Notes: generated by a model not told the origin, from the letters alone. Positions 28,601-40,900 are shown, numbered from the stretch's first letter. The stretch is 64,000 nucleotides of DNA from Microbotryum violaceum (GCA_001244265.2 CDLV01000008.1:1612001-1676000), one strand, 5' to 3'. Made by a program: numbers and translations.

Positions 28601-30375
28601 TCGTTCGTGCAGGCGTTCGAGGACAAGGTGCTGACCTCGGACTACGAGATTGCCCAGGACGCACTCTCGCTCAACGCTTCGTGTTCGTACTGGGCCTCGG
28701 CGAGGGAACGGATCACGAACCAGTTCGTCGTCTGGAGGGGCCAGGCCAAGGTCGAGACGCCGACACCGGCGCGTGTCGCCGAGGACCCGGCGCTCCGAGC
28801 CACGCAGGGGCTGATCCTGCCCCAGGTTATCCCCATGGGCACCGTCACCCGTCGCGCGGTCGAACGCACGTGGTTGACGGCCTCGAACGCCAAAAAGAAC
28901 CGCGTCGGGTCCGAACTCAAGTCCATGGTCCGTGCACCTCCGGGGTACGCCATCGTCGGCGCCGACGTCGATTCCGAGGAGTTGTGGATCTGCAGCGTCA
29001 TGGGCGACGCGCAATTCGGTCTCCACGGCGCGACGGCGATCGGGTGGATGACGCTTGAAGGGACCAAATCCGCGGGCACGGATCTACACTCCAAGACGGC
29101 GAGCATCTTGGGCATTTCCCGCGACGACGCCAAGGTTTTCAACTATTCGCGCATCTACGGCGCCGGCGTCAAGCACGCCGTGCAGTTGTTGCTCAAGGCG
29201 AATCCGACGCTCGCGGCGGACAAGGCGACCGAATTGGCCAAGAACTTGTACGCCCAGACCAAGGGGGTCGTCGATCGTTCCCCGGCCTTCCGGCGCAACT
29301 TTTGGCACGGCGGGACCGAGTCCTTCGTCTTCAACAAGCTCGAAGGGATCGCGCAGTCCGAACGCCCGCGCACGCCCGCGCTGGGCTGTGGTCTCACCGA
29401 TGCGCTGACCAAGGCCTATCTCCCCGCCGATGCGGGTCGTGCGAGCAAAGGTTCAGGGTTCATGCCTTCGCGCATCAACTGGGTCGTTCAGTCCTCTGGC
29501 GTCGACTACCTCCACCTCTTGCTCGTGGCGATGGAGTATCTCACCAAGCGTTACGAGATTGACGCGCGGTACATGATCTCGGTACATGACGAGATCCGCT
29601 ACCTCGTCAAGGAAGAGGACAAGTACCGCGCGGCGCTGGCGTTGCAGGTCGCGAACCTGTGGACGCGGTCGCTGTTTGCGTACCGGCTGCAGATGCCTGA
29701 TCTGCCTCAGGTCAGTACTGCCGCGGACTTTCTCGAGTACCGAGACCTATCAATACTGTGCTGATGCGGCAGCGCACTCTCTCGCAGGGCTGTGCCTTTT
29801 TTTCTGCCGTTGACGTCGACGTGTGCTTCCGCAAAGAAGTCAACATGACCTGCGTCACCCCTTCGAATCCAGATGCGATTCCCTTCGGCGAGTCGCTCGA
29901 CATATCGGCGACCCTCTCGAGCACCCACGGGGGTTCGCTGTACGCCGACGGACGCCCCATGACGCAAGAAGAAGAAGCTCGCTTGCCGCGGTGGGAGTTG
30001 GGGAGGGAGTTGCCAGAGGAAGAATGGAAGGGGGAGGTGCACCGCGTCGATCAAATCGGATTTCTGGTCGCTCAGACGACCAAGGACTCTAATCGCATTA
30101 CGCAGTTGTGGAAGACGACCGCCGCGGAACAGCATATCTCGTCGCCGTCGACGAGGGGCGCAGCAAAGCGGGCCACGCCGAACGCAACGGTCGATCGGGA
30201 GGCGTGGATGCGCGAGGCCCATGACCAAGCGATGGAGGAGGCGATGGGTTCGAGCAAGTCTGCAGGAAGAAACTCTGTCGTGGAGAAAGACGAGGAGGAC
30301 TGCTACGATGAGATCCCAGAAGACGTCGAGCGCGAGTTTTCGACCTATCGACCGGCGACGAGGATTAGTGTTTGA
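25652..30375 (+). CDS. MIP1: Mitochondrial DNA polymerase gamma; start codon uncertain
   Basis: Exo I FDVET, Exo [13 protein letters not shown], Exo III YCARDV, Pol [12 protein letters not shown], Pol [14 protein letters not shown], Pol [10 protein letters not shown]. Introns about 25963-26039 and 29711-29787. Confidence 0.95.
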
Positions 30376-31920
30376 GGGGACAGAGGGGGGGGGGAGGTGT
30401 TCATGAATGTATTGGACCAGATTGTAGCCTCCCCGGTCAGTGCACTCTTTAGCATACGCAGCTTTTCTTGTATCAATGTTGGAGGGAGAGCAGAACAAGA
30501 TGAAGCGGCCACGAGAGATTGCTATCATGGACCCAGCCTCACGACGGCGGCGCTCCTCGACTTTCATTCGCCGCCAGCGCATTTTCTGTTCATCTTCTCA
30601 GCTTGAGCGGGAGCGGCTGGTGCAACCGCACGGGAGTGGAGAGAGGTTTTCTGCATCTTGTATGCGGATGTAGTGGTGTCCTAATGTATTGCACTCTAGT
30701 AGGCGTTCCTACCGATACAGAAGAGAGTCGCCTCACACCTGATCCCTGAAGCTCGTTTGAGCTGAAGGTTTCGTTTCGAAAAATGGGGCGGGGGGGCACG
30801 CCACCGTGGCCTGCCTGGGAAAACGACATCGATTCCAACAAATACCACATGTTCTACAACGCTCGCGAAGGAAGCTACAATGGCCGAAGAGTAGCAAAGT
30901 CTCACGCTACGCCGTAAACGTTGACGGGCATGTTAACCTGTACACGCACCGCACTCTATTTAAGGGTGGGGGACGTGTGTGACGGACTGAAATCGCGGGA
31001 CGCAGAGCTAGGGGCGCTTAGATCGCCTCGTCCGAGCCCGCCACAGCATCCTATCGCAGAAATGGTGCGAGTGCGGAAGTAAAGCCTTCCGATAGGCCGA
31101 GAAGTCAGGACCACAATCTAGAGCGAGTGACGAGAAAGCTACTAAGAAAAAACCGCCGCGCGGGAACAAAGCCCCTAGCACATCTCTCGACTCGTCCTCG
31201 TCCCTCGCCCCTCGTCTCGAGCCCCTTCGTCCGGCTCATCCCTCCCATCTTTGTCCTTTCTGGGACGCACGCGGCTCCCCTGGCCACACCTTCTTCAGGT
31301 CGAGCGCGATCCCGCGCCGCGCGAGAGCGTCGAGGATGAGCTGGAACGTCATGTTCCAGACCTGGCACAAACAAGAGAGGATCCCCATCACCACCGGCCG
31401 CGATACATGTCCGCACATATGCGGACACTTGATTATAGGTCAATACATGACGATATCGTATCCTTTCGATGTCGTAGGACAAATATATAAGTATTTCTAG
31501 GTTGAACCTGCAAGAAGAACATGATACGATATGTGTTGCAAGACTTGTGGTGATTTCAAATTATCATGTGCGGACCGCAGATTTCATGTGCGGACATGTG
31601 TCGGTCAAGTGTCCGCACATGGCGGTCTGCGGTCCGCACTTGGCTCAGCAAAGTGCGGACCCATCCGGGCGCACTCCGAGTCCGAGTCCGCCTGAGAATC
31701 TCGAGCAGTTCAAAGAAGAGACATACTTGCTACTCGGTTGACTTCATGTTGTATAGGGACTTTACTAACTAGACTTTCAGAGTTAAAGTAGATCATGAAA
31801 ATGTCTCTAAAGTTGTATCATTAGCAGGAGCGCCCATTACTACAAAGCTGGCCCAGAAAATCACAACGCTGCAAAGTTGAGACAGACCTATCACGCTTAG
31901 TGGTTTTTAGCATTGCTACA

Positions 31921-34120
31921 TCAAAGGTTCTCTAACTTAACCGATTTGAAGCCCTCGAACAAGACGGAAGCGTCTTGCATCTTCCAGACCCCTTTTCCCT
32001 CGTCAAAGGACCCGTCCAGAGTCCAGCAGCGCATTGAACGAAGGTAGCAAGTCAGCTCGTAGAACAACATAGTCACCAATCCGTTGGTGGTCCTGTTGCC
32101 GGTTGGATAAGCGAGATGACCGCGCATTGCGTCGAAGTGGTAGCGAGCCGCCTCTTCCTCGTAACCGACAATTGCATCCGTAGCGAAATGCTCACCGCTG
32201 AGAATGTAGCGCACCTCTGAACGAAGAGACCAGACGAGCTCCATTTGGCCCGAGACAGCCAAGCGAAGTTCACGCGGGGTTTGCTCGTGGCGAGGATACT
32301 GGTTTTTGATGTTGAACACAAGCACACGAGGAAGCGAGGTGATCGAACGATCTGCGGGGTGTAAGAGCGTCCGATGCAATCGCTCTTGTGATAACGACGC
32401 CCAGTATTTTGTTTCTCTAGGTCCGCCATTGCTGGTTGCCAACAAGTGAGCCGATACCTCCGACAGAGTTGGCTCGCTAAGGTTTAGACTCGATAGTAGG
32501 ACGGGCCAGTCGACGATGAAGTGTCGGCTTGGCAAGATCTCAATTTGTACGCACTGACAAGCCGAGCAATAACCAGCTCGCTGAAAGTGGGTTTCGATCT
32601 GAACTCGGGCCGTCGAGGTTGGCAAGTGATCCCGCGGTATTGGTATTGGTATGTAATCGACCGTAAAGGTGTAAAGCGACACGAGCCAGCTCTGCGGACG
32701 ACAAGAGCGATCAGCCCAATGCGGATTTATGGTAAGCTAAAGAATCTTGATCGACTGACCGATGGGTCGCTGTATGCCCCTCGCTTGAGCGGAGTTGTAT
32801 AATCACTCCTACGTTCCTTTATTAAGACGATCACCGAACTGATAATCCGCTTGCGCAGCTTGAAGTACGCTTCGGATGCATCCTTCAATACGGGTTTCGG
32901 ATCATAGTCGTAGGCTAGCTACCCGCGAATGAGGCTCCAGATCTGGAGGGCCAGTGTCTGACCTTGAAGTGCGATTGTCTCCTCCATTTCCAGCTTGGCA
33001 CACATGGAGGGGTTGGTGATAAAGAGGCAGTCCATGTGCATTAGCCACTCTTTCAGCCCGGTGGCGACCGAGAGCAATCCAAGCAAGGCTGAATCAAGCC
33101 AGCAGGAATGGTTCATAGCAAAAAACCACCCCTGAGGTGGGACGATCCCGGGATGATCCCGAGATCGAGCACCAATTTGAAATCCCGCATCGCATTTGAA
33201 ATCGGCAGAGCGATTTGAAATGCGTTTCAAATCGCTGTGGGATCGCGCCGCGATTTGAAACGCATTTGAAATCGGCGGAGCGATTTCAAATCGGGGCCCG
33301 ATCCCGGGATGATCCCGGGATCGTCCCATTTCAGGGGGGGGGGGCGGGGGTTGCTATGTTGTGCCATGGACCTTGGACAATGGCCATCCGTTTGCTGCAT
33401 TGCTGCTCGGATCGAAGCCAAAAGTCTTCGTGGAGTGTGGCAATCGTGCTGTTTTGGAGTTCGAGGGGCGTCGAACTGGACACTGCCTTCGGCGGAGATA
33501 ATCCCAAGCTTGCTTGAGATGTGGATAAGGACTTTCGTCCGAATCGTCCGGATCGTCCGAATCGGATAGCGCTTGAGAAGTCATGATAGGCCCATTTTTG
33601 AAAACCGCTTTGGCCGGCCTTGATTGCGCACCGCGCAGTTTACTTTTGCTTCTCGGATCGACGGGTTGCTGCCGTGAGCGAGCTAAAACTATCGTGATCA
33701 AATTGTCGATCTCAATCGGTGAGACTGGCATGGGCCGCGACAACGAGCTGGGCGGCGCGTTTGATGACTTGGAAACGCCTGTCCCGGGATAACGAGCAGG
33801 AGAAGCGAACGCAACTGACGCTTCTGGCATGTTGGCGTCACTGATATAAGACGAACGCACTTCTCTGCGTTCCTTGATCGCTTTCATATGAGCGCGGGTG
33901 TTGCCTCGCTCGTGATAGGTCGAGCTCTTGACGTAGCCATCTGCATGGACGGGATGAGAATAAAGTCAGACTCAATGGTGAAGAATGTTCTGATGCAGGC
34001 GCGCCGCACTGACCAGCTGCATGCATATCAATGTTGTCGGTCAGATTCGCGAAGTCAAGAAGCCGCATCACTCCTTCCACCGGGCCATATCGTTCGTTGC
34101 CGCACCGTGCCGATCGGCTA
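31921..34120 (-). pseudogene. Truncated MULE gene remnant keeping the USP-like protease region
   Basis: ERYGPVEGVMRLLDFA, SSYISDANMPE, QGPW..SCWLDSALLGLL, HFQRAGYCSAC, SITSLPRV, GEHFATD..YHFDAM all align with element B. It is interrupted by a MITE and stops. Confidence 0.8.
33114..33358. mobile_element. 245-bp MITE with CATAGCAA..TTGCTATG ends and 2-bp TT TSD (CMC/EnSpm-like)
   Basis: Terminal 8-bp inverted repeat, internal about 45-bp inverted repeat (33129.. versus ..33337), and ATTTGAAA/TTTCAAAT repeats. Removing the element plus one TT restores the frame P-W-H-N-H-S-C-W. Confidence 0.85.
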
Positions 34121-34641
34121 CCGGCGCCCCGGCGCCTGCCTATCTTGAGCATATAGCCCAAGAGAAGAGTGATGTGCTGTGTCGTGTTTTATAGCACGTG
34201 ACTTTCTAACCGCAGGAGCTTCCACAATCCTCCATATTATACCATCTTCAGGGGAGTAGAAGGCTAATCATTCAAAACCTGCATAAGTGCGACTCGGCTG
34301 AGTGTGGCGGGATGGGTCCGCACTTGGCCGGATGGGTCCGCACTTCGCTAAGCCAAGTGCGGACCGCAGACCGCCATGTGCGGACACTTGACCGACACAT
34401 GTCCGCACAAGAGGCTGCGGTCCGCACATGAAATCTGCGGTCCGCACATGATAATTTGAAATCACCACAAGTCTTGCAACACATATCGTATCATGTTCTT
34501 CTTGCAGGTTCAACCTAGAAATACTTATATATTTGTCCTACGACATCGAAAGGATACGATATCGTCATGTATTGACCTATAATCAAGTGTCCGCACATGT
34601 GCGGACATTACCCTAACTAGTTACCCTATTACCCTAACTAG

Positions 34642-37219
34642 CTACTACCTCTATATATATATAAAAAGGTGAGTTAAGGAATGTACCTAAAATCGCTGTT
34701 TTTAACTAGGTTGCGGCCTGGAGGGCCGCCTGTGGTGGATGTACCAGCATACTGTTGTGTCTGCCGCACCTGCCTGTGGTGTCTGGGTTCCGATCAAAAG
34801 TCATGTACAAGCCCTGTGGTGACTTTTGTATTTTCCGCGCCGTTCCAACGAAGCTACAGCGCTCCCAGTATTTTCCTTCTTTTTTTCGCTGACATAAAAC
34901 AAGGCTTCGACTCATATGGTATTTAATGAACCGCAAGCGCGTGGCTTTGCATGATATCGCTTCTACAGCAGAGCTCTGCCTGACGCGCGAGGCGAGGGCT
35001 GGCGTTTGTCACGTGATGCGGTGCGTCGGCGGTGTCAGTGTCATTCCGGCAGTCGACCAGCGGCATTAGGGGCTGAACAACGAATCAAACCACGTAAATA
35101 ATCCTGCGCCACTCCCTCGAACCTTTTCTTTCTCCCTCTCACTCTCATCCAATTTTAGTGACACTCATTCAAGAACAAACCTTCGCTACTGTGTAATGCC
35201 CCGGTCCCAAGGTCGCCAGGGAGGGCCATCGCAACCTCGCCAAGTCTTGGGCACGAGGGTAGCGCCGTACCATGGGCTGCCATGGGCCTGCTCGAGCGCC
35301 CGCTGCGGGGCGCCCCGCGGCTCGACCCTCCTCTTCGTCCCGCTCCGATCAACAGAATCAGCCCCCCGGCGCGTCATGACAACAATGCAACCGATCTTGG
35401 CATTGCGACACGTATACGAGCCCGCCATGCAGCTGTGCAGAACGGACAGCGTGGTCAGCGCGATGGCCAACTCGACGCTGGGCTCGCCCCACCACCACCT
35501 CCTCCGCAAAGGCGAGTGCGCCGGGCTCGAATCGCGCTCAAACCCCTCAAGCCCCACGTTTTCGCAGGGCAAGGTGCGGCTACCTCCCCCTCCCCAGCCC
35601 AATCTCGAGTATCGGCAGCTTCTTCAAGGCTCAGATAGCGGTCAGTTGCTCCGTCCAACAACATCTCTCTGCAGTATGGCCCACATGCTGAACTGTTCTA
35701 CCCACCCACACAGAAGCTAAAGCATTCCGCGAGAATGCCCGGTCGTACAACAACGCGTTGTCGTTCACTTCGCTCGCTGCCCTCTGGGACCAAACTCAAG
35801 TGGGCACGCTAGGACCCACCGTGTTTCGCGTGTTTGGTCGCCTCTACCATCGACTCGGCGCCCTGATCCCTGCCGTGAATCAATGCCCAGCCTTTGCCCA
35901 GACATGGCTGATCGACCCGGCCGAGGCCACCAACACCCGACTTCAAGGACCCGACAGCGCAGAGACTCGCATACAAAGATCAACGCTGACCAAGCTCGAG
36001 TCCATGTTGCGCACCGGCAATTGCTTTGTGAGGGAGTTCGCATCGGCCAAAGGCCGCGCGGGTTGGGATACAGCCAAAGAGTGGGTCCTGCGCCTCTGTC
36101 TGCCACCAGGCCGAGACCGACGCACCCACAACCTTCCTACGTCAAGCTCGGAAACGGCGATGCTTATCTGCGATTCCGACACCAACACGGGAGATCGTGG
36201 ACCGCAAGACCTTATTCTCCAGGTGCACGGTGATCGATGTCCCGATGGTCGGCCCAAGTACCAAATCGTTAGCTCGCTCCATCCGTCCGCGATGCCTCTC
36301 CGTTACCCACTACTTTTTCCTGCAGGGGAAGATGGCTTCCACCCCAACATTCCTCTTTGCGGGGTTCCACCAAGCCAGGCCTCCAATCGCCAGAAACTGA
36401 GAGCAGATCGACAATGGTTTTCCAATTGCGCGAGGTACTTGCCGGTCTCGGTCTGGATGACGAAGACGAACAGGAGGACGTAGACCGCGACAATGAGGAT
36501 GAAGATGGCGAGGAAGAGGACGAAGAGGATGGTGATGGCGAACGTACGCGTCTTCGGCTCTCTCTCTGATGTTCCATTCTACCGAAGGCGCAAGCACAGA
36601 CTGACATTGAACTTTTGAACACCTAGGACGAAGGTCAAGTAAAGGGGTCGAGGTGGCGAGTCTCGCGTTCACAATTCTTTGCGCACTACTTGCCAAACGC
36701 GACGAGCACTTCTCAATCCCGCATTGCACCCAACGTCCCTTCCTGGAGTTCGTGAATTACGGATGTACTCCCAAGTCAAGACCGATTGACTCAACACATC
36801 CGGTTACATCAAGAGAACCTACGCCTCACCACGACCCAAGGCATCAACGGCTTGACCCCGAACCAAATCGCAACATCACGCAGCGATACCAGGATGCGAT
36901 GGCGTGCGTTGTCAAAATGGAAAGCCTCCGCTGCTCATCACGATGACGTACGACCCCGACTCACCGTAAATCAAGGCTGCACTGGGGCCGATAAAGCATG
37001 CAACCGTCCGGATCTCATTGCACGAGTGTTTGAAGCCAAGTCCGGCAACAAGCGACATGCAGGCTGTTTTGGCAATGAATGTAAGATGAATGGATTTTGT
37101 TTCTTTGCTGTATTTCGTATTGTGGTTTCCTAACCTCTGCGCTGATATCATGTAGACTGTTTGATTATCCTGCTATTTTTTGAATTTCATCCTCCCATAA
37201 TTTAACGGGTTCCCACTGG
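34642..37219 (+). mobile_element. Non-autonomous Helitron copy 1 with degenerate Rep N-terminal region
   Basis: 5' CTACTACCTCTATATATA; fragments QGKVRLP, NNALSFTSL, FRVFGRLYHRLG, LHPSAMPLRYPLLFPAGEDGFH, QRYQDAMA, RPDLIARVF; 3' imperfect hairpin followed by CTGG. Confidence 0.85.
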
Positions 37220-37227
37220 TGCACTGG

Positions 37228-37752
37228 TTACTACCTCTATATATATAAAAAGTGTGAGTTAAGGAATGTACCTAAAATCGCTGTTTTTAACTAGGTGGCT
37301 GCCCGGAGGGCCGCCTGTGGTGGATGTACTATCACACTGTTGTGTCCGCCGTACCTGCCTGTGGTGTTTATGTTCCGATCAGAAGTCATCTACAAGCTCT
37401 GTGGCAAGTTTTGTTTCTTTCGCGCCAGTCGAACGAAGCTACAGCGTTCCCAGTATTTTATGTCACTTTTTAATTGACGTAGAACTGTGCGGACACTTAT
37501 ATTGTATTTAATGGACGGCAAGCGCGTGGCTTTGTATGACATTGCTTTTACAGCAGAGCTCCGCCTGGCGCCTGACGCAGGGCGAGGCTGGCGTATGTCA
37601 CGTGATGCGGCGCGCCAACCGTGTCAGGCTCACAATTCTTTGCGTACTACTTGCACGGAAGCTACGATGGCGTGCATTGTCAAACATGGAAAGCCTCCGG
37701 GCTGTTCATCACGGTGACGCGCGACTCCATTCGCGAATGGCCGGAAATCAAA
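37228..37752 (+). mobile_element. Helitron copy 2, head-to-tail with copy 1, internally deleted and 3' truncated
   Basis: About 390 bp homologous to the copy 1 5' end, then jumps to short pieces matching 36669.., 36897.. and 48931... Confidence 0.8.
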
Positions 37753-37843
37753 ATCAGGGGCGGTACCGGTGCTGGGGGGTGCGCTTGCGCTATCAAATAA
37801 ATAAATAAGAAACTCAATTGCGCCAGCTCAGTTTGGCGCGCGC

Positions 37844-37905
37844 GAGTTAGCGCACTTGTGTTGGCGCAGTCGAGCGCCCGAGTTAGCGCACTTGAGTTAG
37901 CGCAC
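37844..37905 (+). repeat. Three copies of GAGTTAGCGCAC
   Basis: Exact copies at 37844, 37880 and 37894, just upstream of the GCM-MULE coding region. Confidence 0.7.
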
Positions 37906-37939
37906 CGGCGACGTCCTCATTGTTCGTATGGATCCAGGC

Positions 37940-40900
37940 TCGAGCGGTGGCTTGTCACACATGTGGGCTTTCTCGGCGTCATCATCTCGAACCGATTCAA
38001 AAGGGCGATGGAAAGGCCCGCGTTTGGATGCAAACGTCGAGTACAGCAAGTACAGCAAAAGACGTTGCATGGGCGTGTTCGTCTGTTGTGATCAATGATG
38101 CCCTGGCAAGCGTCGACCTCACACATCGCTGTCGACAGCGAGTAGGTCGAAGTTGTTTCAGGAGGAGACTCCACAGCTCGTCACAGGACGCCCCAAGAAG
38201 GCTGCAACCCGCAAGCACCTCGCTCCAAACGTTGAGAGGCCTTCAGACGAGTTACCGCCGTGTCCAATCACAAGCTGTAACGGACCGATGAGGCACATCC
38301 TGTGCTCCGCTACGATTGCCCGAGGGCAGCGTGAGGAATGCCCGGGGGAAATATATATCTGGCATTCAGGGTACCATTTACATCCTCCGCCTCTGGTGTC
38401 GCGTCCGTCCCGGCAACATCTGGAAGAGCTGCAACAATTGCGTAAAGCCGCTCCACAAGCATCGGCCGCCGAGCTGCGCATGGGACAAATGACCGCATTT
38501 CCGCAGGACCCTCGTCATCGGCCATCCGCCTCTGAGATTTGCCCTGTATTCGACAGCACTCGATCAATCTCGAGATACGCACCAAGAGTGGGCCACAGTA
38601 AGCGTAATGGAGCCCTTCCCGACACGTTGAGGTCAGCTATTGAAGCTGTTGCCAATGCCGGTTGCCTCGCGTACATTGAAATACCGGGGCAGCGCCAAGG
38701 GCAGCCACTTGCCGAGCAAATACACGATCCTGACCCTCGGAAGCAACCCAGGAACGATGGGTCGCGGTCGAAGTCGAAGATCACCTCCAATTCGCTAACC
38801 GACTCTGAGACGTCATTTGGCATCCAGACTCCTCAGATGAAAGCGAGGCTCTCGGAAACGATTGACGACCGGCTAGTCGAAGGCAATTTAGGATGGCCTA
38901 CCGACGCTCACAACACCTACTTTCGCGACAATTGGGTGTTGCTCGCCGCGGTCTGCTATTCGCCAAGCGCTCGTCGCTGGTTTCCGATCTTGTACTCCGT
39001 CTGCAACCACGAGCGATCGGGCTTCTACCGCCGACATTTTGCGCACCTATTCCAGATTCTTGACGATGCCAATTATAGCGTGGAGGGCATCGTCAACGGA
39101 GTCACATTTGTTGTCGATTATTCAAGCGCGCAGATTTCGGGTCTTCGCCAAGCCATTTCGGATTGGTATGTGGCACGCAAGACCGCAGATGTGGGACGCT
39201 TGAACGTCACACCCAATCAGGTGTCACAGTGGACTGCAGAGGCTATTCAGATTGGCGAGAAGGCGGCAAGCGGGTGCGCCTTTCACTTCATTGAGCAGGT
39301 CAGGAGGTTCGGGGTCCAACATCTCAGTACGCAAACGGAGCGCGAACGATTTGCAATGCTGGTCAACACCATGCGCAACGCGAAGTCCCATGCATCGATT
39401 GAGTCCATGGCAAAGCGCACAATCGATGAGTTTCCTGTGTCAGAGAATTGGATCAAATAGTGGACACGACCGGCGATTCAAAATGTGGTATTCAAGGAAC
39501 TCAATGGATCCGCAGAAAGATGTGTGGCTACCACAACAAATGCGGTGGAATCTTCCCACTGGCTCCTAATCCATTCATGTGGTGGCGAACGCTTTGGACC
39601 GGTGGAAGGGGTGATGCGACTTATTGACTTTGCGAGAATGACAGACCGAATTGAAAGTCATGCGACCGGTAAGGGCCTGGCATAGCGTTACCACCAACCC
39701 ATTATCCTCATCTAAAACTATTCTCGCCTTTGCTTTGAAAACAGACGGCTATGTCAGGAGTTCCACTTATCACGAGCAAGGCAACGTCCGCGCTCATATC
39801 AAAGAGATCAAGTCACGCAATCGGGTACCTTCATCCTACGTCAGTGACGCCAACATGCCTGAGCCTTCGATCTCGTTCGCTGCACCTGCTCGTCTAGCTG
39901 GCATCGGGTTTTCTGAGTCACCACAAGGACCTTCAGACCTGTCAAAGGGTCCTGCAACACCACCACTGAGCGAATCAACCAAATTACCTCCTTCCACGTC
40001 AAATCGTTCCCGGCAGCAACCAAAGAACCGGTCAAGGCAGGGCAATGGGCCCACTGCGCAGTCGATAGCCTCCAAAAAGGGCTCAACACGTGTTGATTAC
40101 CCCCAAGCGCAAGATTCCTGACCCGCCGTCTGACGAGCATAGTTCGAGCGAATCATCAGACGACGTTGGATTGACCCCCTCAATTCATTTCAATTCATCC
40201 GAGGCCATTCTCCCGACGGATCGCTCCATCAAGCTCCATCAAACGTCCAATTCCAAATCGAAAGGTAGTCCTCCCCGCTCAGCTTTCAGCGGCCAATCGC
40301 GACGAGTCCCCGTTGTCCCTATGGCTGTGAGGGCGCTCAATGAAGAAACGGAGTTGTCCCAAATACGTACGCCTCCGCCCCAGACTGTTGACTGAGTGCA
40401 GAGGCGCTGAGGCCTGGCTGACGGAATCCCTGCTCTGATTTATCCACCGTCTCACAGGCCTTGCGCAGCACAATGCACGAAATTTGGAAGCCCCCAGTGG
40501 TCGAAAATACCGGATACCTCGAAAACGATTGGCCTTCCTCTTGTCGGAACCTGAATCACAATCGGAGGCAAAGAGGGCATGTACGTCCGTATTCGACATT
40601 CCCCTGTCCATGGTTGCATCCAAGTCGGAGTTGGCGCCATCGAAAACTGCAAGAAAGGTAGAAATCGCCACGCCAAAACCTGCTTCGACGTCGACGTCAC
40701 TCGAGCGCACCAGTGACAAGCTCCCAGAGGACTCTAGATCTGCACCAAGGGTAAAATTCGCTCCGCCCAAGACATCGACGTCGACATCGCTCGGTAGCAC
40801 GATTGTGCAGCTCCACGCAGACTTCTGGCTTCGATCAGGTGAAGACGGGCCAGTCGTCATTATCCAAGGCCCGTGGAGCGATAATTCTTGCTGGATTGAC

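Larger units (their letters stand above)
31403..34608 (-). mobile_element. Non-autonomous Mutator-like element A with about 260-280 bp near-identical TIRs
   Basis: 31407-31668 is the reverse complement of about 34329-34608, both rich in GTCCGCAC/GTGCGGAC. The interior (31921-34120) is homologous to the C-terminal half of the gene at 39.6-42.2 kb. The outer bases of the right TIR are missing. Confidence 0.85.

Noticed and set aside
25898-29026. Long minus-strand ORFs (594 aa, 379 aa, 312 aa)
   Set aside because: Antisense shadows of the GC-rich MIP1 coding sequence, with no recognisable motifs.
31502-34513. Duplicated small ORFs MNLQEEHDTICVARL.. on opposite strands
   Set aside because: They are translations of the TIR sequence and start at TTG, so they are not genes.
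33114-34608. Repeat clusters as a CRISPR-like array
   Set aside because: Eukaryotic context, no regular repeat-spacer period and no cas genes; explained by MITE and TIR structure.
34681-37511. Repeated MYLKSLF.. ORFs (the same motif recurs at 46688)
   Set aside because: They lie in the Helitron 5' non-coding end, and their lengths and sequences are not conserved as protein.
38096-39460. In-frame TGA/TAG as programmed readthrough or evidence of RIP
   Set aside because: Single transitions (probably CGA to TGA and TGG to TAG) plus frameshifts fit ordinary decay, and there are too few sites to claim a context bias.
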